A stretch of DNA of 64,000 bases from Eledone cirrhosa (Eukaryota). Of this stretch, positions 25,497-40,019 are shown in pieces. Both the position numbers and the translations under genes were made by a program. Below the pieces are notes generated by a model that was not told where the DNA came from, made no database searches, and saw only the letters and a list, made by a program, of their open reading frames with translations. Where the stretch lies: positions 318,184,001-318,248,000 of the forward strand of contig OZ024741.1 in the NCBI GenBank assembly GCA_964016885.1, given 5' to 3'. The first letter of the stretch is position 1. Every line of letters begins with the position of its first letter.

Positions 25497-25688
25497 CGAG
25501 GGAAAAGTGGTAAGGAACCAGGTGGACCATAACGCACCAAAGTACTCAATACTTAGGGTAGTAGAGTGGGTAATAGGAGTAAGTAAGACCCCGACGGCTG
25601 AGCTCAAGCCGTTTCGACGGCGAATTCTGTACAGAATTAGCCGTCGAAACGGCTTGAGCTCAGCCGTCGGGGTCTTACTTACTCCTAT
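25497..25688. mobile_element. Fold-back element: tail plus ~116-bp palindrome (25573-25688) holding an HHR 3' half
   Basis: Centre ctgt|acag at 25630/25631; GAAAC-ggct-tgagctc-agcc-GTC; tail near-identical to 6249-6316. Confidence 0.8.
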
Positions 25689-25801
25689 ATATATATATAT
25701 GTTTGTGTGTCTTCTGTTATTATTTCTGGCAATATTAGAACAATATGACCCTCCCCAAGTATATATATATATAGGTGTATATGCATACATGTGTAATTAC
25801 A

Positions 25802-25866
<65 letters not shown>

Positions 25867-26879
25867 TTGTGTGTGTTTGTGTGTGTGTGCCTATTTGTGT
25901 ATGTGTTTATCTGATCCAATGATTGGTCGATTGAAGCCTGTAATCAACAGTTCCATTATTCACCAGTTGCGATAGAAAATTTAAATAAATAAATAAATAA
26001 ATGTATGCACTTGTATGTGCATACATATGAGTATGTGTCTGAATGCGTGTAAGCGTGTGTGTGAGTGAGTGAGTGTAAATGTAGGCGTGGTAAATTTAGC
26101 TGTACGGATATATGGAAATGAATAATTTGCTATAGCAGTCAAGATTTTGTATTTGATCCTTGAGCAAGCCACTTAACTTTATCGGTGCATTGCATTAGTA
26201 GCTGCTGCACTTTCCTTTGATCAATAACGATTAGGCATGATAAGCGCCTAAACACACACCCACACTGAAACACTGTAACACACACTCATACACATACGCA
26301 TGCATTTTCACACACATACTCCCTCTTTCTTTTTCTCCTTTTCTCACACATTTATTGATACTCATATTGATAATTCGATACATCTATTGATTAATTTATC
26401 TCCTACAAACGCTCTTTTTTCTCATACTGGGTGGCTTATGGATATGTATAATAAATATTAAAACATTTAAGTAACCCTTTTGATATCAAACCGCCTAAAC
26501 CCTGCCCCTGATTCTACGATACAAAGCTGTTTATCTTAAAGTGATTGTATTATCTAAAATATTTCTATCATAATTTTATGTAAGAACCTTTGTTAAGTTT
26601 TGCTGCAAACAACAACTTAAAATTAGTTACATTCTTCAACATTACTCAAACATTATAGGCAGTATCTTTCAGTAGAAATCTAGTAACGAAATAGTTAGTG
26701 TTTATATTTAGTTAAAAGTTCTCATTATAATTGTAAGTTACAGAAATCAGTTTCATAATCAGAAAGTTAGTTATATTATTAAATCCCTTCAAATTATTTA
26801 TGATTTTCTAAATTACTTGAACATTACAGGCAATCTTTCATTAGAAATATGGTAACTAACAAAACGGTTAACGCAGACT

Positions 26880-27740
26880 TACCTTAAAACCTGGTTTATA
26901 CTCTCTTGGCTTACTTCATGAACATCCACTGCAGTTATTTTATCATTCTCCAGCCGTATGATGCCAGTTCGGATTCTTGGCTTTATTTTCTTCATTTTAC
27001 TTCGGCTATCTTTTGCTCTTTTCCCACCAACGATGGTTTGGGATATCTCAGAATCATTCATTTTGTCTATATCTTTTATAAAAATTATTTTCAAATAATT
27101 TTGATAATACTAATTATTATCCCAACTCAATATCTGTATTTCTCTCTGTTTGTATTTTTAATTTTCCTATACATATATGTATGTATGTGTGTGCAATAAA
27201 GCACGAATGTATTTAAAGGAATTTCGATAGCAATTATGTATTTATGTATATGCATCTGAACAATAGATTCAATGTATAGACAACATGTCTGTTTATTATT
27301 ATTTTTATTATCGGTTATTAAGGTAAAGGATTTCTTTACCTCTTCAAATGGATATTCGTCTTTTTATCAGTTCCCATAACTGACGGTACTTAAATCTCCA
27401 GCTATCCCCAAATTCCCCTTCATTTTCATATCTTTTAAATCGTACATCTTTATATGTTTCTATAAAGATTATATATTCCAATATTTTTTATTTTTTTCAA
27501 CGAGCAAAACTCCATTCATTTAACAGTTCTGTAATTTCACTCTATACATTTTTTTGTTCTTTTCTTTCCAATTTTATTGATATTTCGTTTGAAATCTTTA
27601 ACCCTTCTACTTTTTAGTTTTTACCATTGAAAGCAATTTTCGTCTATTACAGCACACTAGCCAGCATTAATCCTATTTATTCCCCAACACGATCTAAAAA
27701 GATCAATTCATTTTTATAGTTAGCTTTGCTACTTAGCTTC
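26880..27740 (-). pseudogene. Highly decayed L1-like LINE ORF2 remnant
   Basis: Across frames: NIGIYNLY, GIAGDL (APE GDFN-like), then IRLENDKITAVDVHEV resembling the L1 EN-RT linker; many stops. Confidence 0.4.
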
Positions 27741-28489
27741 CTATGAATGTCTTTAAAGAGAACTAAGGAAATATCCCACATAATTACTGTAATAGAAATG
27801 GACCATCAATTCCTGCTCAGCTCCATATTGTACACGGCTCTAAGATTCCAGTTTTTGTCGTTATTCATTTGTCATATTTCAGGCTCAGAAGATTTCACAG
27901 TTTTTAATGGTCTGTTTAATATTACGTTTAATTCAATAAACATTGTAGCTTAAGAGCACCCTTCTCACACACAAGCACATACACATCATGAACACACACA
28001 CACACACAGACACACACACCTATTCAGATGAAAAAAAGGAAATTTATGGCCCACACTTATACAAGTTTAGCTGGCCTCCATTTTTATTAATAGCGGACCC
28101 AATCCTATCATGCCGTTGTTGTTGTTATGGTTACAGGCTCACACCTACGTAGGTTTATATCTTATAGGAGGTTTCTATAGAGTTTTAACGATAGACGCCA
28201 AAGTCCTACCATAAAAAGCAAGGTGAATCAAAACGGTTTCACATTAAGAATCGGGTTTACATGTAATTAATATCTTCACCTTACTTACACTATTCTATAG
28301 AGTATCACACACACATGTATATATTGGTATACCTATTAGACTCTCTCTCTCTCTCTCTCTCTCTCTCGTATATATATATATATATATATATGATCAACGT
28401 ACGTATATGTGTATGTAAGTATATATACATATATATATGATCAACGCACGTACTTGTGTATGTGCATATATATATATGTGTGTATGTGC

Positions 28490-28544
<55 letters not shown>

Positions 28545-28957
28545 TACTCCAGTCCTACAAACTGTAGAGTGCTACTTATCCGATATCTGCATTGCTTTAT
28601 TGTACCACAATAAAACTCACATTATATATATATATATATATGTATATAAATATGCGTGCGAGTGTATATATTTATGAGTGTATATGTGTGTATATGTGTG
28701 TATATGTGTGTGTATGTGGGTATGTGTGTGTGTGTATGCTGCTGTTGGTGTATTTTTGATCAATTCAAGGTACCCCCCGTTATGTGTAAATCAGAAACTA
28801 ATGCCACTTTCCTCTATATCGTAATCAACCATTCAAATGAGATACCTACCATTAAATAACATTATTAGAGAATATTGCTTTTATTTCTCCACTAGTTGTC
28901 AGAGCAACATATATTATTTGAAATGTGCGATCTTTTTCTCTGTTTTTTTGGGGGGGT

Positions 28958-29065
28958 ATGTATGTATATATGATTGTATGTATGTGTGTATATGTGTATG
29001 TGGGTGCATATATATATATGTGCGTGTGTCTATGTGTGTATGTATCTATATATATGAGTGTAATG

Positions 29066-29109
<44 letters not shown>

Positions 29110-29289
29110 CAATGTGTATGTACATATATATTTGTGTGTGTGTGTATGTATGTGTGTGTGTGTGTGGGTATGAGTGACTGTATGTATATATGATTGTATG
29201 TATGTGTGTATATGTGTATGTGGGTGCATATATATATATATGTGTGTGTGTGTCTATGTGTGTATGTATCTATATATATGAGTGTAATG

Positions 29290-29323
<34 letters not shown>

Positions 29324-29456
29324 CAATGTGTATGTACATATATATGTGTGTGTGTGTGTATGTATGTGTGTGTGTGGGTATGAGTGACTGTATGTGTGTG
29401 CGTGCGTCTGTATGTGTGTGTGTATGTGTGTGTGTATGTGTGTGAATGTGTATATG

Positions 29457-29493
<37 letters not shown>

Positions 29494-29650
29494 ATCTGTG
29501 TGTAGGTATGAGTGACTGTATGTGTGTGTGTGTGTGTGCGCGTGCGTCTGTATGTGTGTGTGTGTGTGTGTGTATGTGTGTGAATGTGTATATGCGTGCG
29601 TGTGCGTGCGTGCGCGCGTGCGTGTGTGTGTATGTGTGTCTGTATGAGTG

Positions 29651-29684
<34 letters not shown>

Positions 29685-29770
29685 TGTGTATGTGTGTGTG
29701 TATGTGTGTGTGTCAATGTGTATATGCGTGCGTGTGTGCGTCTATGTGTGTGTGTGTGTGTATGTGTGTA
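28958..29770. repeat. Compound TG/TA microsatellite with ~210-bp higher-order duplication
   Basis: tatatatgattgtatgtatg...gagtgtaatg...gcaatgtg...gtatgagtgactg recurs. Confidence 0.8.
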
Positions 29771-30349
29771 TTTCTCCCTCAAATGTTTGTTTACAGTATT
29801 TCTATGCTAGTTGTTTTATCTGTGACCATAACAATAAACATCAACGAAACAACAACTAAAACAAATACAAAAGAGTAAAGTTCTGCTATTGCACCAAAAG
29901 GTGTTAGAATAATAATATAAATAATAACAATAGAATAATGGTAACTACATTGTTACAAGAATGATCTGGAAACCTAATTTGGGGGAGATTAATGACCACA
30001 AAACAAAAGAAATCACATAAATATAGAAGTCATTTTGTGTATATATATATATATATATATATAAATATATGTGTGTATTTATATATGCGTGTATATATAT
30101 ACACGCATATATACATATACCTATATATATATATATAGGTGTATGCATGTGTATGTATGAGTGCGCGTATATATATATATATGTATATGTATATAGATAT
30201 ATGCGTGTGTGTGTATATATATATATGTATATATATATATGTATGTATATGTATGATTAGTGGTATATAATTATTAGGGACACTAATCAATAAAAACTGT
30301 GAAACGGTTGTGGTTTACTTGGAAACACGGGTTGTTGGCTAACTGGATG

Positions 30350-31445
30350 GTCATGGTTGGATGGATGGTTGAGTGGATGGTTGGGTGGATGGTTGGGTGG
30401 GTGGTTGAGTGGATGGTTGGGTGGGTGGTTGAGTGGATGGTTGGGTGGATGGTTGGGTGGGTGGTTGAGTGGATGGTTGGGTGGGTGGTTGAGTGGGTGG
30501 TTGAGTGGATGGTTGGATGGATGGTTGGATGGATGGTTGGGTGGATGGTTGGGTGGGTGGTTGGGTGGGTGGTTGGGTGGGTGGTTGGGTGGGTGGTTGA
30601 TGGATGGTTGAGTGGATGGTTGAGTGGATGGTTGGGTGGGTGGTTGAGTGGGTGGTTGAGTGGGTGGTTGGGTGGATGGTTGGGTGGGTGGTTGGGTGGG
30701 TGGTTGGGTGGGTGGTTGATGGATGGTTGAGTGGATGGTTGAGTGGATGGTTGGGTGGGTGGTTGAGTGGGTGGTTGAGTGGGTGGTTGGGTGGGTGGTT
30801 GGGTGGGTGGTTGGGTGGGTGGTTGGGTGGGTGGTTGATGGATGGTTGAGTGGATGGTTGAGTGGGTGGTTGGGTGGATGGTTGAGTGGATGGTTGAGTG
30901 TGTGGTTGGGTGGGTGGTTGGGTGGATGGTTGGGTGGATGGTTGGGTGGATGGTTGAGTGGATGGTTGGTTAGTTGCGTGGATGGTTGCGTGGATGGTTG
31001 GGTGGATGGATGGTTGAGTGGATGGTTGAGTGGATGGTTGGGTGGATGGTTGGGTGGATGGTTGGGTGGATGGGTGAGTGGATGGTTGGGTGGATGGTTG
31101 AGTGGATGGTTTGTAGTTGCGTGGATGGTTGCGTGGATGGTTGGGTGGATGGATGGTTGAGTGGATGGTTGAGTGGATGGTTGGGTGGATGGTTGGGTGG
31201 ATGGTTGGGTGGATGGGTGAGTGGATGGTTGGGTGGATGGTTGAGTGGATGGTTGCGTGGATGGTTGGGTGGATGGATGGGTGGATGGTTGGGTGGATGG
31301 TTGGGTGGATGGTTGGGTGGATGGTTGAGTGGATGGTTGGGTGGATGGTTGGGTGGATGGTTGGGTGGATGGTTGGGTGGATGGTTGGTTAGTTGCGTGG
31401 ATGGTTGAGTGGATGGTTGGGTGGATGGTTGGGTGGATGGTTGGC
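30350..31445. repeat. G-rich 12-bp array (GGTTG[G/A]GTGG[A/G]T)n
   Basis: Direct reading; higher-order blocks of about 119 and 143 bp. Confidence 0.95.
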
Positions 31446-31818
31446 TGTGTGGTTGGTTAGTTGCGTGGGTAGGTTAAATGTGGAGTGGATGGTGGGGTGG
31501 ATGATTTGCTGGGTGGCTGGTTGATTGGGTAGGTAAATGTATTGGGGTGAGTGGGATGAAGGGCATGGGTCGATAATAGGGTGGGGTGAGTGGGATGAAG
31601 GGCATGGGTCGATAATAGGGTGGGGTGAGTGGGATTAGATGACTTGATGGATGGTGGTGTTGTGGGCGGGGTTATTTCAGCGGGGTCTAACTAGTTGGTT
31701 AAGCAAACGACACTAGGTAGTTTTATGTGAGATATAAATCAATATTTTCTCACAATTAGGCAGACATTACACACACACACACGTATACATACATATACAT
31801 ACATATACATACATATAC

Positions 31819-31849
<31 letters not shown>

Positions 31850-31981
31850 AACAAGCCAAACATACACAACACACAAGAACACGCAAATACTATACAGGCA
31901 TATATATGCACACACACCCATACACACATATATATATGACGTTACTTGTATTTATATATACACATGTGCTGCTTATAAGAG

Positions 31982-32127
<146 letters not shown>

Positions 32128-32201
32128 CTGCGATGATGTTTTTATTATGAGAGAAAATATTAATGAAAGATCTAATGAATGCAGAAAAATGTTGAATAAT
32201 A

Positions 32202-32232
<31 letters not shown>

Positions 32233-32794
32233 CGACAAAGGATATTGATAAACAGCGTTGGAAACAGTTATATGGGTGAGTAGGGGTGTTTATACACAGG
32301 GGGACGGCGTTCACCTACATTTCAGTTTCCATGAGATGGGGTGACGGGTTGATATTGTGTCTAATACAGTGATTCTCAAATAGAAGCCACTTAACTCCCA
32401 GGGGAGGAATTTTAGCCGAGGGAAGAAATATTGAGGAATCCAAACTGGGAAAGAATAATATACATTGAGTATATATATCAAATGAAATATCAATATACTC
32501 AACTATATTGTATATTGTGTGCGTGTATATATATATCAAATGAAATACTAATATACTCAACGATCATGTATAATGTGTATATATATCAAATGGAATACCA
32601 ATATACCCAACTACATTGTATACTGTGTATAAATATCAAATGAAATACTAACTATAAAGATGGTCATAAATTACGAGTTCACAAAAAACTGCTGCTTTAT
32701 GATTAACTCTGTTTGGAATAATACAATTATTGGAGTTTAAAAAGACATGTTTATATAGTGCGGTGAGTGAAAACTGATTAGATGACAATTCAAA

Positions 32795-33390
32795 ATAGCA
32801 GAGGAATTGAGGAAACCTGGAATTACAAGGGGAGGCATATGACTTGAGTCTCTGAGAACCACTGGATGGTAGAATTATTGAGGCTTGAAAGCTTGCTCAT
32901 GTTTATATGGTGCTCAGGTGAAAAATTACTATATGACATTTCAAAATTGGAGAGGAATTGAGGAAACCCAAGATCAAAAAGGAAGCAATGTGACTTGGGA
33001 TTGTATGGGAAAGAAGTGAGCTGGGTCCTCAAGAACTCCTGTTGTTGGACAACGAAAGCTTTAAGAAACCGGTGTTGTTATCAAGATGATTATATGTATG
33101 TAACTTAATGATAAGTTGAGGAATGTGACCTGGGTTTCTGAGAACGACTGCAGTTGTTGAATGAGGAATTAAAGAAAGTAGGAATTATAAAGGGGTGAGA
33201 ATGGATGTGACCAGGGTCTCTGCAATAACAAGGGGGTGGATGTAACCTGGATCTCCGAGAACCACTGCATTTATTGAATTAGGAATTAAGGAAAACAGGA
33301 ATCATAAAGGGATGAGAATGGATGTCACCTGGGTCTCTAGAATTACAAGGGGGTGGATGCGAACAAGGTCTCTGGGAACCACTAGATGTT
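32795..33390. repeat. Diverged modular tandem repeat
   Basis: aattacaaggggg..gatgtgacctgggtctctgagaaccactg and gaggaatt(g/a)a(g/a)gaaa modules recur several times. Confidence 0.7.
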
Positions 33391-33769
33391 AATATAGTTA
33401 TGGATATGGAATGTTATTGTTGCAAGCTAAACATAAAATACTAATAAAATACAAATAAAAATATGAAAGATTCTTAATAAAAATGCTTAAATTTAAAAGA
33501 CGACGATTTCTGTGAGTGTGGGGTTTTAGAATTTGTTTTCATCGGTCACACGATGGCAAAGGTATGAAGAAAACATAAAAAAGAGTTTAGTGTTGCAGAT
33601 TTTCAATTTTCAGACATGTATGTGCGCATATATACATACATAACTATATATACATACACAACTACATATATATATATATAAAGGTAGACACTTTTATATA
33701 ACAGGTTGAATGAGTTGGGGTGTATAACCCAACAAACCTTAAGTACCTGTATATATGACTGTTGTAACC

Positions 33770-33848
<79 letters not shown>

Positions 33849-33854
33849 TATATA

Positions 33855-34030
33855 AAATGATATTAAATAAATGGAAACTATATTTATAAAACCATATTTA
33901 TTCTATTATATATATTTCAATATTTAATATCATTGAATATTTACTCCAGAAAACTGTCGAGTGCTCTGAATCAGTTCTAAACATTTATATATGTTGAATT
34001 TCCAACAAATTAAATATCCCTTCTACTTAT
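33855..34030. mobile_element. Family A element, minimal copy lacking the HHR core
   Basis: aatgatattaaata..atggaaactatatttataaaacc...tatttaatatcatt plus tail tttactccagaaaa...atatccct; in (TA)n. Confidence 0.75.
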
Positions 34031-34033
34031 AAT

Positions 34034-34066
<33 letters not shown>

Positions 34067-34350
34067 GTATCTATATAAATATGAATGTCTTTATTTATGT
34101 TTCTGTTTATGGACGTATGTATGTATGTACGTATGCATGCATTTTTTTGAGTTTTATTTAATGTGTTCTTTGCCAATCGAAGCCGGTCACCAACAAAGTG
34201 ACAAGACTTCTTTGAGTAAAGACTGTTTTGGGGATTTGTAAGTAAGTTAGCGATTTCATGTGGACTTATATGAAGTTGTATATTCTTGCACTAACGCTAT
34301 GAGTGGACATTACCACACACATCTTTCTCTCACACACACTCTCTCCCCTT

Positions 34351-34381
<31 letters not shown>

Positions 34382-35122
34382 GTGTGTCTGTGAGTGTGTG
34401 TAAATACTCATGTCAGTGTGTACGTGTCATACGCATTTATTATGCTATATTCGCCTTCACGCGCACCTGTGTATATTTGTATGGATGCATGCAACATATT
34501 GTTCACATGTATTATGTATAATATTTCATAGTGCTCATATATATATTTTTTTCAGGGTTTAAAAATTCCTCTGCCGTAGATAATCCCATCGAGGTCAACT
34601 TGGCCCTTCATTCTTTCGCGGTCGATAAATAAAGTACCAGTCCAGATGCAGTGAATTGGAGGGGATGCTTGGTGGTATATGGTCTGGGTCAGTACATTTT
34701 CAGTTCAAATCCCGTCTCCATCAGCCAGGAATTGTGATAAGCAGATTGCATCAGAAATGGAAAGAACGATGAAAATATTGTTTTCTTAATCCGATCTAAG
34801 GAATGACTCTTTTCTTTTTATTTGTCTTCTTATTCTTTAATTAATTGTTTTATAAACAAATATCAACTTCTCTTTATGTATGCAGTTTGTCCATCGTCAG
34901 TGTGACGTAGAGGTTTGTGTGTATGATGTTAGCTATGATGGTGGTGAGTGAATCACAGAGAGAAAAATGAATCATAGAGAGAAAGATGGATCGTAGCTCG
35001 GTGAAATACATCACTCCAACTGCCATCTACGGCCGACTACCAAATATCAATCCAGCATTTCTGCACTAAAAAAAAAAGGAAATTGTGTATGGATTGTAGC
35101 TTTAGCTACAAATAAATGTTTC

Positions 35123-35167
<45 letters not shown>

Positions 35168-35552
35168 TCACATATATGTGGGTGTATGGTGCGTTGTGTG
35201 TACCAAATAGGAGTTATAATTAATTGGGTAATCTTGTCCATATATGGGGTATTCAGGTCAGATAATTTCTTGGTGTGTATATATATGTGTGTGTGTATGT
35301 GTGTGTATATATGTCTGGGTATTTCTATGCATGTGTGGGTATGTGACAATGTGTATGTATGTATGTATGTATGTATGTATGTATGCATGCATGCATGCAT
35401 GTATGAATGTATATATGCATGTAAGTATGTGTGTGTGTGTGTGTGTGTGTGTCTATGTGTATGAATGTGTACGGAATTATTATCATATTTGTCAGTGTGT
35501 GTTTAAGTGTGGCTGTGTATATAACAATGGTCATATTTGATTGTGTGTGTGT

Positions 35553-35607
<55 letters not shown>

Positions 35608-36449
35608 TGTGTGCGTACGCGCGCGCGCGTATGTGTGTATGTGTGTATGTGTGTGTGTGTCTGTGTGTGTGTCTGTATGTGTGTGTGTGTTCTTAATAAG
35701 TATACAGCGGCCATTTTCCATTTCATATGAGAAAACCTGTCTGATGACCATCGCCGATCTAATTTCTTCCATCATTAAAATCACTCGTATTTCATTTCCG
35801 TTCATTTTCTCTAATAGTTATTGATTGGTTAATTTGTCATATCCATACATTTATTATCGTGTATAAAGCGTTCGATTTAGCAGACTCATTAGAGAGTTGA
35901 CTATTTGTTCCGGGTCTTCATATTCTGATTTCAAATCCCGCTGAAGACCACATTGCTCTTCACTATTTCAGGATAGATATAGAACGTATCAGCCCAGTGC
36001 TAGTGCAGATCTCCCTCCCTTTCAAACTGTAACATCCTGTAAGTTCAGTTGAATCAATGGTGGCAAGATCGAGAAGATGTCTGTATTTGCATACGAATGC
36101 ATGAGCATCTTTCGAAAACCTTTAAAGAAGGCATGGTACATGCTACAAAGACACATAAAACAAGCGACGGCTGTAGCTTTTTGTAGTATTATCGAGTGTT
36201 TGCACCATTGTACACATCTGTCATTCTATTTTATTATGAAAAAGGAAAAAAAAGCCTCTGATGAGGTCAAGGAAACAATGTTTCCACTGGTTTTACCATT
36301 GCTATTACTACCGGCCAAATACATCTGACAGAAAAAAGGTGCCGATCACAATGGAAACAAGGTTTCCATTGGTCTTTCCATTGGTGATTACCATGTCTGG
36401 TCTAGTAAGCATGTTTTAGGCTTTCTTCAGGAATAGCTTAGAATGCTAT

Positions 36450-36935
36450 GTTTGGTTAGGGATATGTCTTCATGCTTTTCGTGAGTAATGGGAAGGCATT
36501 TATTGAAAGGCTAGGAATTAGTTTCAATGTTTAGGGAAATGAGAGTCATCAGAAGAACAAACGTAGGTGAAAAAGCCAAAACTTGCTATCTTTAATTCGA
36601 ACGAATGGGCTTTCTCCGAAGGCTCTTTGATGTAATGTTACTCGGTATGGTGCGTAACTCGGAGAACAGGGAGTCGCTCCAGGTAGAGACGCTACTTCTC
36701 TACATCGAAATCCCCGCTTCGGTAATGAAAACGTGATTAGAATGTCTAAGGAAAAAAACTAGACAGATTTTACAGGTAAAGCCAATCGGAAAGAGACCCA
36801 GGTGTAGACCCTGAGCAAGATGGTTGGATAAAATCTATGAGTTCTGTTAGTCTCGATTGGAGATCAAGCCGGATCATTTGGAGAGGATTGCTTCTGATAA
36901 AATCCGCTGGAAATCGTGTCTCAGTGAGGACTCTG
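36450..36935 (+). mobile_element. Decayed RTE-type LINE 3' fragment
   Basis: Degenerate ..RFG.VIRMSKE..RPRCRP..W translation typical of the RTE C-terminus. Confidence 0.5.
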
Positions 36936-38001
36936 TTCCCACAACGTCTCGGGAAGAAGAAGAAGGAGGAGGAAGAAGATGAAGAGGGGAGGGGTAGAGA
37001 AGGATTGGGGAGGACGAGAAGCGGGAAGATAAAGAGGGAAATGGAGGATGCAAATCTTATAATATTTCTGGGACGAGAAGCTGCTAACAGCCAAGGTATT
37101 GTTATAGTATTAAGAGTTTGCCTTTTCAAAAAGCCCCATTATGAGAGGATATGCTAACTTGACTTGGCTTGCAACTTTGAATAGCTCATATACAAAAACG
37201 TAGCTATCTCAATTATACCATTGCGACCAACTGAGAATATGAATTTACTACCATGCAGTTGAGAGAAAATTTGAGCAAAGTTTTTTTTTCATCTTTTAAA
37301 CGATCTTCAACTACCCGGACAAGCAGAATTCAAGCAAATACGGATATTGAAAAAAATTAAACAAAAAAACAACAACACTGAAAATACACATCTAATGAGA
37401 TCAAATGGAAAAATAAATCTGCAGCGATACAGATACTATATTGTATATCAAGTAAACGTCGGGTGTATATTGCAGAGAGATAACGCATAGAACAAACTAA
37501 AATATTCAAATAACTGTTTTAACACCAGTGCTGACGTATTTTAACAGACTCTCACATGCATACAAATTTATCATTACATATTGGGAGACCTCACCTACAT
37601 CGAGATAACACACATAAAAAAACTATATATACTCCATACCCATAATACGCACACATGAGTATATGTAACATTAATTCCATTTATTTGATAAACTTTTAAA
37701 AACCTCATGTAAACTATGAAAACTAGAAAACAATGATAACTATGAAAAGAAGCCCCCACAAATCCCACCTCACACGCAGACAATAATATATATATATAAA
37801 CATTTATTTATACATATATACATATATTTATATATGAATATATATATATATATATCAATATTTACACACACACACACACACACATATATGTATATATATA
37901 TACATATATTGATAAACAAAAAAGACGGTTTCATTTGTCATCACTATTTATTTTATACTATTTATACGTATGAAAAAATATATACATATATATATATATA
38001 T

Positions 38002-38122
38002 CTAGGGCGGGTAAAATTCCCGAGATCCATGGACGAGTTCTCTCCAGCGGTCTCTGTCCCTCATTATCGCTGCCATATTCTGTGTCTCCAACAGACCAGT
38101 GTTTGTACTTAGGGCATCAACA
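38002..38122 (-). mobile_element. RTE-type LINE extreme 3' fragment in (TA)n
   Basis: [30 protein letters not shown]. Confidence 0.6.
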
Positions 38123-38178
38123 CATATATATATATATATATGTATATATATGTATATATATATGTATATATATGTATA

Positions 38179-38374
<196 letters not shown>

Positions 38375-38393
38375 CATATATATACATATATAT

Positions 38394-38516
<123 letters not shown>

Positions 38517-39082
38517 GGCTGCCAACTGGTTTTCGAGTACGGCCACTACTGTATATCCATGTAGGAGAACCCCTACCGATGCGCTGAACGAGTGTGACAT
38601 TTTAGTCCAGCCAACGACTTGAAAACTCTGGTACAAACACTACACTTTTGACAATTATTGACACATAGTGCTGGGCCCATGGTACTATGTGACGACAAGT
38701 GCAGAGAGATTTCCAGATATAAAGCAATGCCTGTGCCGTGAAGCTTTTATAGTGAGCAAAGGCACTGCACAAAGCCAGTCCCACTCTCTTAACCAAGATG
38801 ATATTTACCAAAAAGAAGAACAAGTCAACATCATTGGATACCATCAGGGTTGCAGGTGTTATATCAGAGTTTTCTTTCACCTAGAATTCTGCCTTGACAA
38901 AGGCTAAGGGGTCATCTCTCCCAGTGATTTGGATGGCCATTGACTCATAAGAGCTCCTTTGCCCTTTGACAGGTTTTGTTTTTAGTCCTGCAGGATGTCC
39001 AAAGTCACCCTCCTAACCAAGAAACCTTGGTGGGGTTGCCAGTTTAGTCGCCAACGACCCGACCATAGGACAGGTTGTATAT

Positions 39083-39128
<46 letters not shown>

Positions 39129-39134
<6 letters not shown>

Positions 39135-39580
39135 GATATTAATAAATGGAAACTATATTTATAAAACCATATTTATTTCATTATACATATTTCAAGGATA
39201 CCATGTTAAATTATGGCATGCCTTCATCAGACAAAATACAATATATACCAGTTTTATAAATAAACATTGACGTACCCTTTCAAAATGCGACCGTTACTTT
39301 TGGAAGACATCCTGATGTCTTCCAAAAGTAACGGTCGCATTTTGAAAGGGTACGTCAATGTTTATTTATAAAACTGGTATATATTGTATTTTGTCTGATG
39401 AAGGCATGCCATGATTTAACATGGTATCCTTGAAATATGTATAATGAAATAAATATGGTTTTATAAATATAGTTTCCATTTATTAATATCGTATATTTAC
39501 TCCAAATACTTGTCGAGTGCTTTATATCAGTTATAAAAATATTTGCTTGTTGTATCCCAACAATTTAAATAGAACTTTTG
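39129..39580. mobile_element. Fold-back element, family A (palindrome 39129-39496 plus tail)
   Basis: Centre gacatc-ct-gatgtc at 39312/39313; ~183-bp arms with one visible mismatch; tail tttactccaaatac...aatttaaata. Confidence 0.85.
39387..39451 (+). ncRNA. Type I hammerhead ribozyme
   Basis: tattttgt-CTGATGA-aggc-atgccatg-atttaa-catggtat-cctt-GAAA-tatgtata-atgaaata. Confidence 0.78.
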
Positions 39581-39629
39581 CATATATATATATACTTAGA
39601 TACACACATAGACACGCGCGCACACACAC

Positions 39630-39679
<50 letters not shown>

Positions 39680-39725
39680 ATGTATATATATGTATGTATA
39701 TATATATATATATATATATATGTAA

Positions 39726-40015
39726 AGAATGAATAATAGACATCATAAAAAAGGTAATTTATTCCGTGTGCTTACAAATGTTTCCACGGTGGTAATACAG
39801 CCTAGTTATGCTATGTGCAAATTTTCAACTATTTGCAGAACTCAAATATCAAATGCTGTGACCACTGTATCATCAGAGCATTTGATATTTGAGTTCTGCA
39901 AATAGTTGAAAATTTGCACATAGCATAACTAGGCTGTATTACCACCGTGGAAACATTTGTAAGCACACGGAATAAATTACCTTTTTTATGATGTCTACCT
40001 GTTATTATTCATTCT
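39726..40015. mobile_element. Fold-back element with ~120-bp arms
   Basis: 39737-39857 is the reverse complement of 39877-39997; 19-nt loop. Confidence 0.85.
39768..39881 (-). ncRNA. Type I hammerhead with long stem II insertion
   Basis: Minus strand: tgct-CTGATGA-tacagtggt-(~65 nt)-accaccgtg-GAAA-cattt-GTA-agca. Confidence 0.7.
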
Positions 40016-40019
40016 CGGT

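Noticed and set aside
26880-27740. Apparent host exons (GTAAGT donor near 26883) or alternative-code ORF with TAA/TAG
   Set aside because: All frames are interrupted, including by TGA; residual motifs fit a decayed L1-like ORF2 better.
32368-32864. Complete hAT MITE between cagtgattctca and tgagaaccactg
   Set aside because: No 8-bp TSD, and the right-hand motif recurs as part of the adjacent tandem repeat.
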